Source: Promethearchaeota archaeon (GTDB lineage Archaea; Asgardarchaeota; Lokiarchaeia; Sigyniarchaeales; SOKP01). From it: a DNA stretch of 64,000 nucleotides. The translations under genes and the position numbers were made by a program. Positions 20,273 through 30,480 of this stretch are shown piece after piece (the first letter of the stretch is position 1; the number at the start of each line of letters is the position of its first letter). Under the pieces are notes generated by a model that saw only the letters and a program-made list of their open reading frames with translations, was not told where the DNA came from and did not search any database. The stretch covers positions 1 through 64,000 of the forward strand of contig JBHLLU010000018.1 in assembly GCA_048938895.1 (NCBI GenBank), written 5' to 3'.

Positions 20273-20342
20273 GAAAAAACATTTAAATAGGTAGTTTCAT
20301 ATATTGTGTATGGTTTCATAAATTTCATGAGATGTGAAACCA
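20273..20342 (+). promoter_or_regulatory. Putative BRE/TATA (gaaaaaaca-TTTAAATA) followed by an inverted-repeat operator TGGTTTCA-N16-TGAAACCA
   Basis: TTTAAATA at 20282-20289; perfect 8-bp arms at 20311-20318 and 20335-20342; lies between divergent regulators and the ABC operon. Confidence 0.55.
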
Positions 20343-20348
20343 AAAGTT

Positions 20349-20374
20349 AATAAATTAGGTTTGCCTAATTTATT
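20349..20374. repeat. Perfect 11-bp inverted repeat AATAAATTAGG-TTTG-CCTAATTTATT
   Basis: Read directly from the sequence; in the putative 5' UTR of the ABC operon. Confidence 0.7.
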
Positions 20375-20450
20375 GTGAATAAAATTAAATTTAACAAAAA
20401 AAAATATATAATTCTGAATAAATATTGGTGTAAAAAAACTGTCCAAAGAA

Positions 20451-21398
20451 ATGGTAATTCAAACAAAGAATTTAACGAAATATTATGGAAAAAGTAGAGG
20501 AATAGAGAATTTAAACTTAGAAATCTTTAAAGGGGAAATCTTCGGATTACTTGGACCCAATGGTGCTGGAAAAACTACAACTATTAGAGTTTTACTAGAT
20601 TTTCTTAGGAAGACTTCCGGAGGAGCAAAAATCTTTAATCTCGATGTTCATCTCGATTCTGTAGCAATTAGACAAAGAACTGCTTATTTACCAGGGGAAT
20701 TGGGATTGTTTCAAGAAAAAACTGCTCGCCGGAATATCGAGTATCTCCTTGGATTATATCAGAATGATATTCCAGACCGACGTATAGATGAATTGGCAGT
20801 AGTATTTGGATTAGAGCTTGATAGAAAAGTGAAGGAACTAAGTAAGGGCAATAAACAAAAAATAGGGATAATACTTGCACTTGCTCCAGAAGTAGAACTT
20901 TTAGTACTTGATGAACCTACTTCTGGCTTAGATCCTCTTATTACAGCAGAATTTTATAATATCCTTCATAAACAACAAGAAGAAACAGGTTCTACTGTGT
21001 TATTAAGTTCTCATCTTTTAGGTGAAGTTGAAAGAGTAGCTCATAGAGTTGGGATTATCCGTGAAGGTACGATAGTCGAAGTAGCAACCATTCAACAATT
21101 AAAACGTATGGCTATGAAAGAGATCAATGTTGAATTTAAATCTGCAAGTGATTTGGAGAAATTTTCAGAAAAACTTCCAAGTGAGAAAGTAGAGAAGGTT
21201 GTACTAAATGATACTCACGCTTCCTTTTTAGTATCTAGAGAAGAATTATCAAAAGTGCTTAATCTTCTTTCAGAAGTGGATATAATTGATACTGATATTA
21301 CAAGTCCCGCATTAGAGGATATTTTTTTGAAGTATTATACTGTATCCCCTATAAAGAGTAAAAATAACATTAAGATAAAGGAGGAGGTGGGATCATAA
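20451..21398 (+). CDS. ABC-2 type exporter, ATP-binding subunit
   Basis: GPNGAGKTT, LSKGNKQK, LDEPTSGLDP, SSH. Confidence 0.95.
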   Translation: MVIQTKNLTKYYGKSRGIENLNLEIFKGEIFGLLGPNGAGKTTTIRVLLDFLRKTSGGAKIFNLDVHLDSVAIRQRTAYLPGELGLFQEKTARRNIEYLLGLYQNDIPDRRIDELAVVFGLELDRKVKELSKGNKQKIGIILALAPEVELLVLDEPTSGLDPLITAEFYNILHKQQEETGSTVLLSSHLLGEVERVAHRVGIIREGTIVEVATIQQLKRMAMKEINVEFKSASDLEKFSEKLPSEKVEKVVLNDTHASFLVSREELSKVLNLLSEVDIIDTDITSPALEDIFLKYYTVSPIKSKNNIKIKEEVGS

Positions 21399-22220
21399 AT
21401 GAAACAGTTTGTTACAAGCATAAAAGAATATCTCCTGTCTAAAAAATACATCATATTAATATTAGGAGGGATAATAGGTCTTTTAAGCTATTTCATAATA
21501 TATATGGTCGAAGATATGGATCTTAGTGCAATACAAGATATCATATCTGCTTGGCCAGAAGGGATGCTGGAATTTTTCGGTGATGTTGAAATTTTCTCCA
21601 ATGTTTATGGATTTTGGAGTTTAGAAATTTTAGCTTTTATATGGTTATATGCAGGAATTTACATCATATACATGGCTAGCGGACTTCTTTCACAAGAAGT
21701 CGAAGAAAAAACTATAGATCTTACACTCTCAAAACCAATCACTCGTTATAACTTCCTCGGGGGAAAAATTGCATTTCTTTATATATTTATAATTTCCACA
21801 ATGGGAATATGCTTCCTTATAACTATGGGAGGAATGAGCTTTTCTTCCGTATTTCATGAGGAAGGATTATTCTTTGATAGACTATGGCTTACTTATATAA
21901 TTGTTGTTCTTTTCTTAGGTGTTCTCGCAATGTTTGCCAAGTTTTTTTCTACAATTTTTCTTACATCTCGAAAATCAATGGCATTTGGTGTGGTAGTATT
22001 ATTCTTAATGTTCTTTCTTGGTGAATTCTATATTTACATGGATGAATCAATCCAAAGTATTAAATACATGTCAGCTTTTTATTATTTTAATCCTGCTGAA
22101 TATTTGGTTCACTCAGACTTCCCCCTTTACATAAGGGATCTTATTGTATTAGGTTCAGTGAATGCCTGCTTGATAACAGCAAGCCTACTTGTCTTTAATA
22201 AAAAAGATATACCTATTTAA
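21399..22220 (+). CDS. ABC-2 type exporter, permease subunit
   Basis: Six TM helices, EVEEKTIDLTLSKPITR, C-terminal FNKKDI; directly abuts the ATPase gene. Confidence 0.9.
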   Translation: MKQFVTSIKEYLLSKKYIILILGGIIGLLSYFIIYMVEDMDLSAIQDIISAWPEGMLEFFGDVEIFSNVYGFWSLEILAFIWLYAGIYIIYMASGLLSQEVEEKTIDLTLSKPITRYNFLGGKIAFLYIFIISTMGICFLITMGGMSFSSVFHEEGLFFDRLWLTYIIVVLFLGVLAMFAKFFSTIFLTSRKSMAFGVVVLFLMFFLGEFYIYMDESIQSIKYMSAFYYFNPAEYLVHSDFPLYIRDLIVLGSVNACLITASLLVFNKKDIPI

Positions 22221-22223
22221 CCC

Positions 22224-22241
22224 ATTTTTTTCCTATTTTTC
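22224..22241 (+). terminator. Oligo-T archaeal terminator candidate
   Basis: T-tracts immediately after the permease stop codon. Confidence 0.35.
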
Positions 22242-22373
22242 TAGAGAAAACACACAAAGTTTTATATACTAAATTTTCTTTAATAATAAAATTCAAAATT
22301 TTTTACTTTTTAAATCGAAAATTCATGAGTTCCTCGATTAAATAGTAAAATCTTTCAGAACTGGTGATTTCTC

Positions 22374-23846
22374 ATGTCAGATTATTATAGAAAAAAAGTT
22401 CACTCAAGTAAGCTTATTGCAACATTTGATGATGTTCTAATACTACCTGGTTTTACCAATTTTTCCCCAAGTCATGTAGATTTATCTTCGAATTTGGGAG
22501 GAAAGTATCATTTTAATCTTCCTATAATTTCATCTGCGATGGACACAGTTACGGAACAAAATATGGCAATAAGTATGGCATTACATGGAGGTCTTGGTGT
22601 TTTACATCGGAATTGTCCTTTTGAAAGGCAACTTGAAATGGTTCGAATAGTAAAAAGAGCTAGATCTTTTGTTATTGATGATGTTGCAACCATTAGTCCA
22701 AACGCTAAAGTTTCAAAAGCAAAATTTATGATGGAAAATTACAACATTAGCGGAATTGTTGTTACAGATGATGAGAATAAGGTTTGTGGAATCTTTACAA
22801 AAAGAGATATCCCTTTTCTTGAACATGATATTAAAAATGGAGCTATCAAGGATTATATGACTAAGGATGTTATTTCTATTAAACCAGGTGCTTCACGAGA
22901 AGATGCCTTAAAGATATTATACGAATCACGCAAAGAGAAGCTTCCAATTATTGATGAAAAAGGATTTTTAAAGGGATTAATTACTAAGAAAGATTTAGCA
23001 CCAGAATTTCCATTCGCCTCCAAGGATGAAGAAGGGCATTTATTATGTGGATTAGCGTTATCTCCTAGGTTTCCAGAATCTTCTCATGCTCAAACCTTAC
23101 TTAAAGAAATAGATAAATATGTAGATATATTTTTTATTGATGTCGCTGATTTTTATAAGAAAGATGACATTGAAGGTACTGTAAAACTAATGAAATTTTT
23201 GGAATCTGATTTTGTGTTAGGTAACATAGGCACATATCAAGCAGCAGAATATTTAATATCCAAAGTCGATTTTGTTGAAGAAAAATTTATTGGATTAAAA
23301 GTTGGAATGGGTTCAGGTTCAATTTGCACCACTTCTCAACAAACTGGGGTAGGAGCACCGACTCTTTTTGCTACTGCCCAAGTTGCTGATGCGATTCAGG
23401 ATTATAGACCAAATCTATCACTCATTGCTGACGGTGGATTTAAGAATCCTGGTGATTTACCAAAAGCATTTGCAGCAGGTGCGGATTTAATTATGTCTGG
23501 ACATTTTTTTGCTGGCACTGACGAGTCTCCTGGTTTTATAGATACCATAGCAGGAAGAAAGGTAAAAGTTTATAGAGGAATGGGTTCAAAAGAAGCACGA
23601 ACATCAGGATACATTTCAGATCGATATGTAGAGGGATCAAAAATGCTCACTGAAGGTGTATCTAATTACGTACCTTATGTAGGTGATGTTCTTGGTGTAT
23701 TAGCAACTTTAAAAGAGGGTTTAGCTAATGGTATGATTTACGCAGGAGCAGAATCAATTAATAAAATGAAAGAAGCTCCTTTAGGTATTGTTTCAGTTGT
23801 AGGCCAGCGTGAAACTGCACCCCATGATCTCATCGGAAAATTTTAA
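22374..23846 (+). CDS. guaB: Inosine-5'-monophosphate dehydrogenase with CBS pair
   Basis: [29 protein letters not shown] domains, [22 protein letters not shown]. Confidence 0.95.
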   Translation: MSDYYRKKVHSSKLIATFDDVLILPGFTNFSPSHVDLSSNLGGKYHFNLPIISSAMDTVTEQNMAISMALHGGLGVLHRNCPFERQLEMVRIVKRARSFVIDDVATISPNAKVSKAKFMMENYNISGIVVTDDENKVCGIFTKRDIPFLEHDIKNGAIKDYMTKDVISIKPGASREDALKILYESRKEKLPIIDEKGFLKGLITKKDLAPEFPFASKDEEGHLLCGLALSPRFPESSHAQTLLKEIDKYVDIFFIDVADFYKKDDIEGTVKLMKFLESDFVLGNIGTYQAAEYLISKVDFVEEKFIGLKVGMGSGSICTTSQQTGVGAPTLFATAQVADAIQDYRPNLSLIADGGFKNPGDLPKAFAAGADLIMSGHFFAGTDESPGFIDTIAGRKVKVYRGMGSKEARTSGYISDRYVEGSKMLTEGVSNYVPYVGDVLGVLATLKEGLANGMIYAGAESINKMKEAPLGIVSVVGQRETAPHDLIGKF

Positions 23847-23962
23847 ATCCCTTCTTATGTTCATTTAAGAGAATTATTATTAAATCTCTATTAATAAGTT
23901 TTAAACCACAATAAACTTTAGTTTGTTATTATCATTAATATAATCAATTAAGAGTAAATAAA

Positions 23963-25576
23963 TTGATTGATATGAAGAGAATTGAAAGAGCAATTGTAAG
24001 TGTTTTTGACAAAAAAGATATGTTAGATTTTGTTAAAGTACTAGTTAATGAATTCGATGTAGAAATCCTCTCAACAGGAGGAACAGGTACTCTATTAAAA
24101 GAAAATGGAATAAATTTTCAAAAGATATCTGAATTTACCGAATCACCTGAATTGTTTGATGGAAGAATAAAGACATTGCACCCTAAAATAGAAGGAGGAT
24201 TATTATATCGTAGACATATGCAGAAAGATATTGATGAGGCTACTAAATATAACATTAAACCAATTGATATGGTTGTTTGTAATTTATATCAATTTAAAGA
24301 AGCTATTGAAAAACCGGGAACTAATATTGAGGAGGCATTAGAAATGATAGATATTGGTGGACCAACAATGATACGTTCCGCAGCAAAGAATTTTCCTGAT
24401 GTTATAGTAGTTCCAGGACCAGAACACTATAGTAATATCATTGATGAACTTAGAAATAATAACGGAGAGATATCTGAGAAAACTCGGCTTTATCTTGCCC
24501 AAAAGGTGTTTTCAATCATGGCTGACTATAATGGTACAATAGCAAATTATCTTCAGCATTATTACAACCCTGGAGCTATTTTACCAGAAACAATTACTAA
24601 GGTTTATACTAAAGTCCAAGATTGTAGGTATGGAGAAAATTGGGACCAATCAGCCGCGTACTATAGAGATCTTTCAGTTAAACTAGGATTACATAACTTC
24701 AGGCAATTAGGCGGTAAGGAAATTTCATTTAATAATTTTCTAGATATTGATTCTTGTGTTCAAATGTTACTAGATTTTGATAAAGAAAACTATGTAACCG
24801 CAATTTTAAAGCACACATCTCCTAATGGAATAGCTATTGACAAGAAGGACCAATTAAGATGTGTTCAAATGGCTTTTAAATGTGATCCAATGTCTGCATT
24901 TGGAGGAGTCTGGGGTGTAAATAAAGAATTAACTGTTGATGTGGCAGATTTTATCATTAATAGGGAAAAAATCTTAACAGACGTTATTTTAGCACCTTCA
25001 TTTGATCCTGAAGCTCTTGAAATACTTAAACAGAAAAAAAATATCAGAATCCTTGAAATAGGTGATTTTCTTGAACATAAAAAGGAAATTTATAGAAATT
25101 TAGAATTACGTTCAGTTCTGGGTGGAGTTTTAATTCAGGAATATGATAACAAATCTATCATTAAAGAATGGAATGTCGTAAGTAAAAAGAAAGTAACCGA
25201 AAGGGAGAAGGAAGCACTAATTTTTGCTTATAGAGTGTCGAAATGGGCAAAATCAAATTCAGCCTGTTTTGCACAAGAAAACAAAGACGGATTTTTTACA
25301 ATCGGAATTGGTGCGGGACAACAAAGTAGAGTACATGTGGTTAAATTAGCGGCCCAAAAGGCGATTGAGTTTGGCCATGAAGAGGAATTGAAAGACTCAG
25401 TAATGGGTACTGACTCTTTCATGCCTTTTCCTGATGCATTAGAAGCTGCAGTAAAAGTAGGGACCAAAGCAATTATTCATCCTGGTGGGAGTATAAATGA
25501 TGAATCCGTTATTAGCCGTGCTGATGAATTAGGGTGTGCATTAGTATTTTGTGGTAAAAGAGTATTCCGACATTAA
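23963..25576 (+). CDS. purH: Bifunctional AICAR transformylase/IMP cyclohydrolase (bacterial/eukaryotic type)
   Basis: SVFDK, STGGT, GRIKTLHP, IDIGGPTMIRSAAKN, RYGEN, SAFGG, GAGQQSRV, PGGS, RVFRH; start probably ATG at 23972. Confidence 0.95.
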   Translation: MIDMKRIERAIVSVFDKKDMLDFVKVLVNEFDVEILSTGGTGTLLKENGINFQKISEFTESPELFDGRIKTLHPKIEGGLLYRRHMQKDIDEATKYNIKPIDMVVCNLYQFKEAIEKPGTNIEEALEMIDIGGPTMIRSAAKNFPDVIVVPGPEHYSNIIDELRNNNGEISEKTRLYLAQKVFSIMADYNGTIANYLQHYYNPGAILPETITKVYTKVQDCRYGENWDQSAAYYRDLSVKLGLHNFRQLGGKEISFNNFLDIDSCVQMLLDFDKENYVTAILKHTSPNGIAIDKKDQLRCVQMAFKCDPMSAFGGVWGVNKELTVDVADFIINREKILTDVILAPSFDPEALEILKQKKNIRILEIGDFLEHKKEIYRNLELRSVLGGVLIQEYDNKSIIKEWNVVSKKKVTEREKEALIFAYRVSKWAKSNSACFAQENKDGFFTIGIGAGQQSRVHVVKLAAQKAIEFGHEEELKDSVMGTDSFMPFPDALEAAVKVGTKAIIHPGGSINDESVISRADELGCALVFCGKRVFRH

Positions 25577-25780
25577 AGAATTTTTAGCCATAACTAATTT
25601 CTCCTTTAATATTTTGATGAAATCATGCTTTCGGGCAATTATTTTCTGGAATAAACAAAGTTTAAAAAGATGTTTGCATAATTTTATAATACTCAAAAAA
25701 TCAATTTTACTTTTTAATTTTATAATTTAAATGAGGAGAGAATAAGTAATTAGTTTCTTTTAAGAGGCGCTCTAGTAAAA

Positions 25781-26068
25781 ATGGACTTTTTTATGAACAA
25801 CTTGAAAGACACACTTGATGCGATAAATAAATTAATTGATAACAAGATATATATTGTAAACACGAAAAGAATCAGAAGATGTTTTAACATTAAGTCATCA
25901 GAACGCTCTAAGATCAATTTTATATGGAGATCCTTGAAATTCCTTGAACAAGAAGGAATATTATCATTAAATGGTATTACAAATCCAAAAACTTATAAAA
26001 TTTTGGCGGATCAAAAAATTGATATTAACAAATTTCTAAATCAGATAGAAAAAGATAAAAAGCGCTGA
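25781..26068 (+). CDS. Small basic protein, probable winged-helix DNA-binding protein
   Basis: IWRSLKFLEQEGIL followed by a beta-wing (PKTYKI). Confidence 0.55.
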   Translation: MDFFMNNLKDTLDAINKLIDNKIYIVNTKRIRRCFNIKSSERSKINFIWRSLKFLEQEGILSLNGITNPKTYKILADQKIDINKFLNQIEKDKKR

Positions 26069-26070
26069 TT

Positions 26071-28800
26071 TTATACTAATTTTAATTCACGTGATAATTC
26101 CAATAATTTTTCTTGTGAATCTTTGTCATCTGGATTGTTAATTAGACGTTTTTGATAGAAAATAATATTTGAGTATTTAACTTCAATTCGATTAAACAGT
26201 TTCACCCATGAATCAAAAAGGTTGACAAGCTCATATACTTCAGGATCTTCTTCAAATGATTTTAATTCGTTTTTATCAATGGATGAAAAAAGTTCTTTAT
26301 AACTTTTTGTACTTACCCCTTGGTCTCTTAAGAATTTTTTATTAAATTTACGAACAAAAGCATCCAGCCCACTACGCCATTTTACATATTTCCTATTTAT
26401 TTTATCAATAATTTCTTGTATGAGCTTTATCTCCTGAGGAAAAATAGTTTCTTCCTTTTTAGAAAGTATTTTTTTAATTCGTTCAAATTCCAATTCAAAT
26501 ATATTTATATAATTATTGACATTTTTCTCAAATTCAAATAAAACTGTATTATAATCTTTAGCAAACAAGATCTCCTCGCTTGAAAAAGTTAAGGTTGCTT
26601 CATCAAATGTTCCCTTCAATTTTTTTGTCTTCACTAATTCATCAAAAACTATTCTCAAAAAATCAATTTCGTCTTGTCCTAATTCCTTTTCATAGAATAA
26701 ATCATTAAATGAGAAAATAAGACTATTTTCTAACATCAGATTTCGAATTCCTCTTTCAGTATAAAATAATATATCCCCTTCATATTCATAAAATATTCCT
26801 TTCAGTTTTCCATCTTTTTGTAAATCTTTTATAAGTTCTTCAATTAACTCAGATTTGATGTCCAAATTTCCTAACGTAATAAAATCTTCTGATTTTGATT
26901 TATCTAACAACATATATTTAATATCATTTTTAGCCTCTTCGATTTTCGATAGATTGAAAATAAACCAATCATCCTTCTTAAAATAAGTAATACCGATCTC
27001 ATCAATATACTTCATAAATGAATTCATATCCATACCAGTTTTCTCGAGGTATGTACTCGCTCTGATTTGGTCCTTATTTTTAATTTCTTCAGCAATTGAT
27101 CTTAAGTTCTCATCAATATTTGTAGTTATTAAATTTTCTTCAATTTTTAATTCATTTGCTAATAATTTAATTCGATTCGATTTTTCTACTTCATCGGTTA
27201 TCTGTTTAATATCTTCAATTTTCTTCGTTATGTAATTTGAATAATAGAAAATCTCTCTTTTCTTATCCCAAATCCCACTTCTCTGATCAATAATTTGGTC
27301 AAATACATCTAATAGCAGAATCTGATTGATATTCAATTTTCTTGAAATTTTGTTAACATCGAAAAAACCAAACACTTTTGAGTTTTGAATTTCATTTGAT
27401 ATTTTAAGAGTTCCTAAGTTGGTTAACCATTGAGTTCCTTTATGATATCTGGTCAAAAAATCATTAGGTACATTCTTAATTAAATTAAGAAAGTCATTTT
27501 CTGTAAGTCTTTCTCTGTAAGATTTAAGATCTATTACGTTATTTTTAGCAGCTTCTATATTTATTTGTTCAATTATTTTTTTTTGTGAATAAAATGATTG
27601 CTTTTCCTTTCCCATTAATAATGAGTCTTTTTGATTCGTCTTAATATCATTTATGATATTTACCATAAACTCAGGTGGTAGATAATTATATTTTCTGATA
27701 TTAATAATACCCTTTTGGATTAAATCATCTTCTAATTCTGATTTAATGTGTTTATATGAGTAGAAAATTCCTAAATCTGAGTAATATCCATTAATTATTT
27801 TAAACTTTATTAAAGTATCAATTAAAAGTTTTAACTCTGAATCGGTGTGAATTATTTGAGAAAATGATTTTTGAATTTTTTCATTAGATATTTTCAAGGC
27901 TTCCTTGAATAATTTTAGTAGTTTTAATTTTTCGAGTTCGTAAATGAAAATTAAATTATTTTTATTCTTTGTATAGAAAATTATCTTTTTATCATTCAAA
28001 CCTAAATTTTCAATTTGTTTTATATAATCCCTTAGCTTTATATTAGATTTAGATGATATCTCTGAAAAATTGGTTTTTTTCATAAGACTTTGTTTATCTA
28101 ATAATTCCAACAATTCTTTTTCATTAGTTGCATCAACGTTAATTTCTTTTAAATCGGGAAAATATTTAGAAAGGACTTCCAATAAATTAGGAATGATATC
28201 TGATTTAAAATCATTAAAAAATGATGAAATTAATGATTTTGAAATTTCTCTTAGAGAATATAGCTGGTTAAAATTCAATTCTTTACAGAAACCAAGCAAA
28301 GAAATCAATGATTGCAAATTGTCTTTACTTACTTCCTTAGAAAGACTTTGTAATAAAAGATCTTTAATATTTTTAACCAAATCTGGCTCTTTCTTTACTA
28401 ATTCCTGTAAGAAGAAATGAACATTATCTCTAACGTCAACAGATTTGTCTTTTAAGAATTTTGCAAGTTTTTCAAAATATTCTTTTACATAATCATGATT
28501 TGATAAGAGTTTGAATCCTATAATAATAATTGAATTAACTCGCAGTTTGGGATCATTAGATTTGAGTAAATTCTGAATCTTTTTAAATATTCGCTCAGTT
28601 AAAATATTTGAATCATATTCTGCTAGAACACTTAATATATATGTTGTAGCTACAACACTTTCAGGTGCATCTAATAACTGCTCCAATTTTTCTACAACAG
28701 TAACCACTTTTTGAGATTTATTTTTACTAAGAAATTTGTTTAGTTTATCAACTAGTGGTACAAGAACCAAATCGTTTTCAAAATCCTTTAGATTAAACAT
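26071..28800 (-). CDS. Large protein with N-terminal HEAT/ARM repeats and tandem winged-helix (PCI/UFL1-like) domains
   Basis: HEAT pattern (DPKLRVNSIIIIG, SVDVRDNV); repeated YS/YT..I..EI...G.I...wH units; LVKTKKLKGTFD PCI-like end. Confidence 0.6.
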   Translation of the reverse strand: MFNLKDFENDLVLVPLVDKLNKFLSKNKSQKVVTVVEKLEQLLDAPESVVATTYILSVLAEYDSNILTERIFKKIQNLLKSNDPKLRVNSIIIIGFKLLSNHDYVKEYFEKLAKFLKDKSVDVRDNVHFFLQELVKKEPDLVKNIKDLLLQSLSKEVSKDNLQSLISLLGFCKELNFNQLYSLREISKSLISSFFNDFKSDIIPNLLEVLSKYFPDLKEINVDATNEKELLELLDKQSLMKKTNFSEISSKSNIKLRDYIKQIENLGLNDKKIIFYTKNKNNLIFIYELEKLKLLKLFKEALKISNEKIQKSFSQIIHTDSELKLLIDTLIKFKIINGYYSDLGIFYSYKHIKSELEDDLIQKGIINIRKYNYLPPEFMVNIINDIKTNQKDSLLMGKEKQSFYSQKKIIEQINIEAAKNNVIDLKSYRERLTENDFLNLIKNVPNDFLTRYHKGTQWLTNLGTLKISNEIQNSKVFGFFDVNKISRKLNINQILLLDVFDQIIDQRSGIWDKKREIFYYSNYITKKIEDIKQITDEVEKSNRIKLLANELKIEENLITTNIDENLRSIAEEIKNKDQIRASTYLEKTGMDMNSFMKYIDEIGITYFKKDDWFIFNLSKIEEAKNDIKYMLLDKSKSEDFITLGNLDIKSELIEELIKDLQKDGKLKGIFYEYEGDILFYTERGIRNLMLENSLIFSFNDLFYEKELGQDEIDFLRIVFDELVKTKKLKGTFDEATLTFSSEEILFAKDYNTVLFEFEKNVNNYINIFELEFERIKKILSKKEETIFPQEIKLIQEIIDKINRKYVKWRSGLDAFVRKFNKKFLRDQGVSTKSYKELFSSIDKNELKSFEEDPEVYELVNLFDSWVKLFNRIEVKYSNIIFYQKRLINNPDDKDSQEKLLELSRELKLV

Positions 28801-28839
28801 TTTTTTTAAAAAATAAACAACTATAATGGAAGGTAATTT

Positions 28840-29565
28840 TTAATCTAATAAGAATTTTTTGAATGGTTGAATTTCTAATATATCCTTCATGTCTTTAATA
28901 ATAAAGGTAGGATTTGAATTCTCTAGACTTTTCCTAGAACCATGGCCAGAAAGTATAGCTATGCTCTTAATTTCAGCGTTCTTTGCGCACTCAATGTCTG
29001 GGGGAAGATCACCGACATAGTACACATTGGTTTTATCAATTGAAATATTAAGATTTTTCTTTATTCTCTTCAAAGCAGCATATATTGGATAAGCATCTGG
29101 TTTTCTAAAGGGGGTATCGTCTCGAGAAATAAATACAGAAAAATATTTAGTTAAATCAAATTTCTCTGTAAAATAATTTAGGCGACTTCTGCTTGTATTT
29201 GAAACAATCCCTAAAATAAAATCCCCTTCTTGAAATTTAGTTAAAACAAATTCAAGATTCGGTCTTAAAGTATCATATATCTCATATTTGGGATATGTTT
29301 TCCTAAATTTAATAAAAAAAAGACATCTCTTCCATAAACTTGGAATATATTTCTTGTATACTTTATTAACTCTTAATAAAGCTTTTATTCTATTTTTTGA
29401 ATCTGCTTCTTCAAACATTCGAGCTAAATCTATTAACCGCAAGTTTTCAATGTTTTTCCAATTGTAAAAGCTCTTTTTCAAAAATATAGATGCTGTATAC
29501 TCTAAGGCTTTTTGTGTAATAATAACTCCGTCAAAATCAAAGAGTATTATTGGTTGATGAGTCAT
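28840..29565 (-). CDS. HAD-superfamily hydrolase (phosphoglycolate phosphatase-like)
   Basis: FDFDGV, VSN, RKPD, YVGD..D..CAKNA. Confidence 0.9.
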   Translation of the reverse strand: MTHQPIILFDFDGVIITQKALEYTASIFLKKSFYNWKNIENLRLIDLARMFEEADSKNRIKALLRVNKVYKKYIPSLWKRCLFFIKFRKTYPKYEIYDTLRPNLEFVLTKFQEGDFILGIVSNTSRSRLNYFTEKFDLTKYFSVFISRDDTPFRKPDAYPIYAALKRIKKNLNISIDKTNVYYVGDLPPDIECAKNAEIKSIAILSGHGSRKSLENSNPTFIIKDMKDILEIQPFKKFLLD

Positions 29566-29668
29566 ATGTGTGTTTTAAAATAAGATTTAACACTTAAATT
29601 TATTCATGTAGATTAAATAATTAAAGGTAAAATATTAAAAAAAATGAATTAATTTGTATTTAATTCTT

Positions 29669-30346
29669 TTATGAATCTATCTCATCTGGTTCAACTGACA
29701 CATGGGAAAGCAACCAATCAAGTTGTCTCTCTTTTTTGTTGACATTGAGAACTGTAGGTAAGATCATGACCTCATCAGCCTTACCGGGCATTATTGTGAA
29801 CTTTCCGGCCCTAAGCATAAAGAATTCAAAAACATCCGGAATTTCCTTCTTAAATCTTAAACTTTTTGCAGGGAATCTCTCAGCTGAAGTGAAAATACCT
29901 GATTTATGGAAAATTTCGTTTCTTTCGATTTTATAGTATTCAAATCTTGTACTAAGTACCACTATCCCCAGTATAAACGCCAAGATTACTGACATAACCA
30001 TATAGAATTGCCACGGTAATCCAAGATCTATTTTAATTCCTGTAAGATCAACTGAAAAATTTGGTAAAACTAAGAAAATTACAAGCAAAAGAATTATAAG
30101 AACAGCCAGAATTAAAAGGAAGAATTTGGTTGATGAAAAATCAAAGGCAGTTACGAAAATATTAATAAAGAAGACAATGAACCAAACATATCCTAATGCT
30201 GAAGAATGTTCTCCCTCATTAAGAGTAATAAGTACCTGAATTAACCATAGTATTAACGAAGTTACCAGCAAAGGCCAATAAAAAATTACCTTAGGATAAC
30301 TCCTCAAATATATTTCAGTTGGACGTTCACTTTTTTTTTCAGACAT
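29669..30346 (-). CDS. Conserved hypothetical membrane protein (4 TM plus soluble C-terminus)
   Basis: RSYPK N-terminus, four TM helices, IPDVFEF motif. Confidence 0.75.
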   Translation of the reverse strand: MSEKKSERPTEIYLRSYPKVIFYWPLLVTSLILWLIQVLITLNEGEHSSALGYVWFIVFFINIFVTAFDFSSTKFFLLILAVLIILLLVIFLVLPNFSVDLTGIKIDLGLPWQFYMVMSVILAFILGIVVLSTRFEYYKIERNEIFHKSGIFTSAERFPAKSLRFKKEIPDVFEFFMLRAGKFTIMPGKADEVMILPTVLNVNKKERQLDWLLSHVSVEPDEIDS

Positions 30347-30480
30347 AATAATTCTTCTCTACGTCTTTTATTTTTTAATTTAAAGAGGATTATTAAAATA
30401 ATAGATAGATGTGTTATTTAAATATTAGTATATTATTGATTAACCTAAAAAGCACCCCAAAAAATGTTACTAAAATTTGG

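Noticed and set aside
25610-25655. TGATGA plus a small UUCG hairpin (TGCT-TTCG-GGCA, 25626-25637) after purH as a SECIS element or C/D-box sRNA
   Set aside because: No in-frame TGA in neighbouring genes, no CTGA D box, and the stem is too short to support a call
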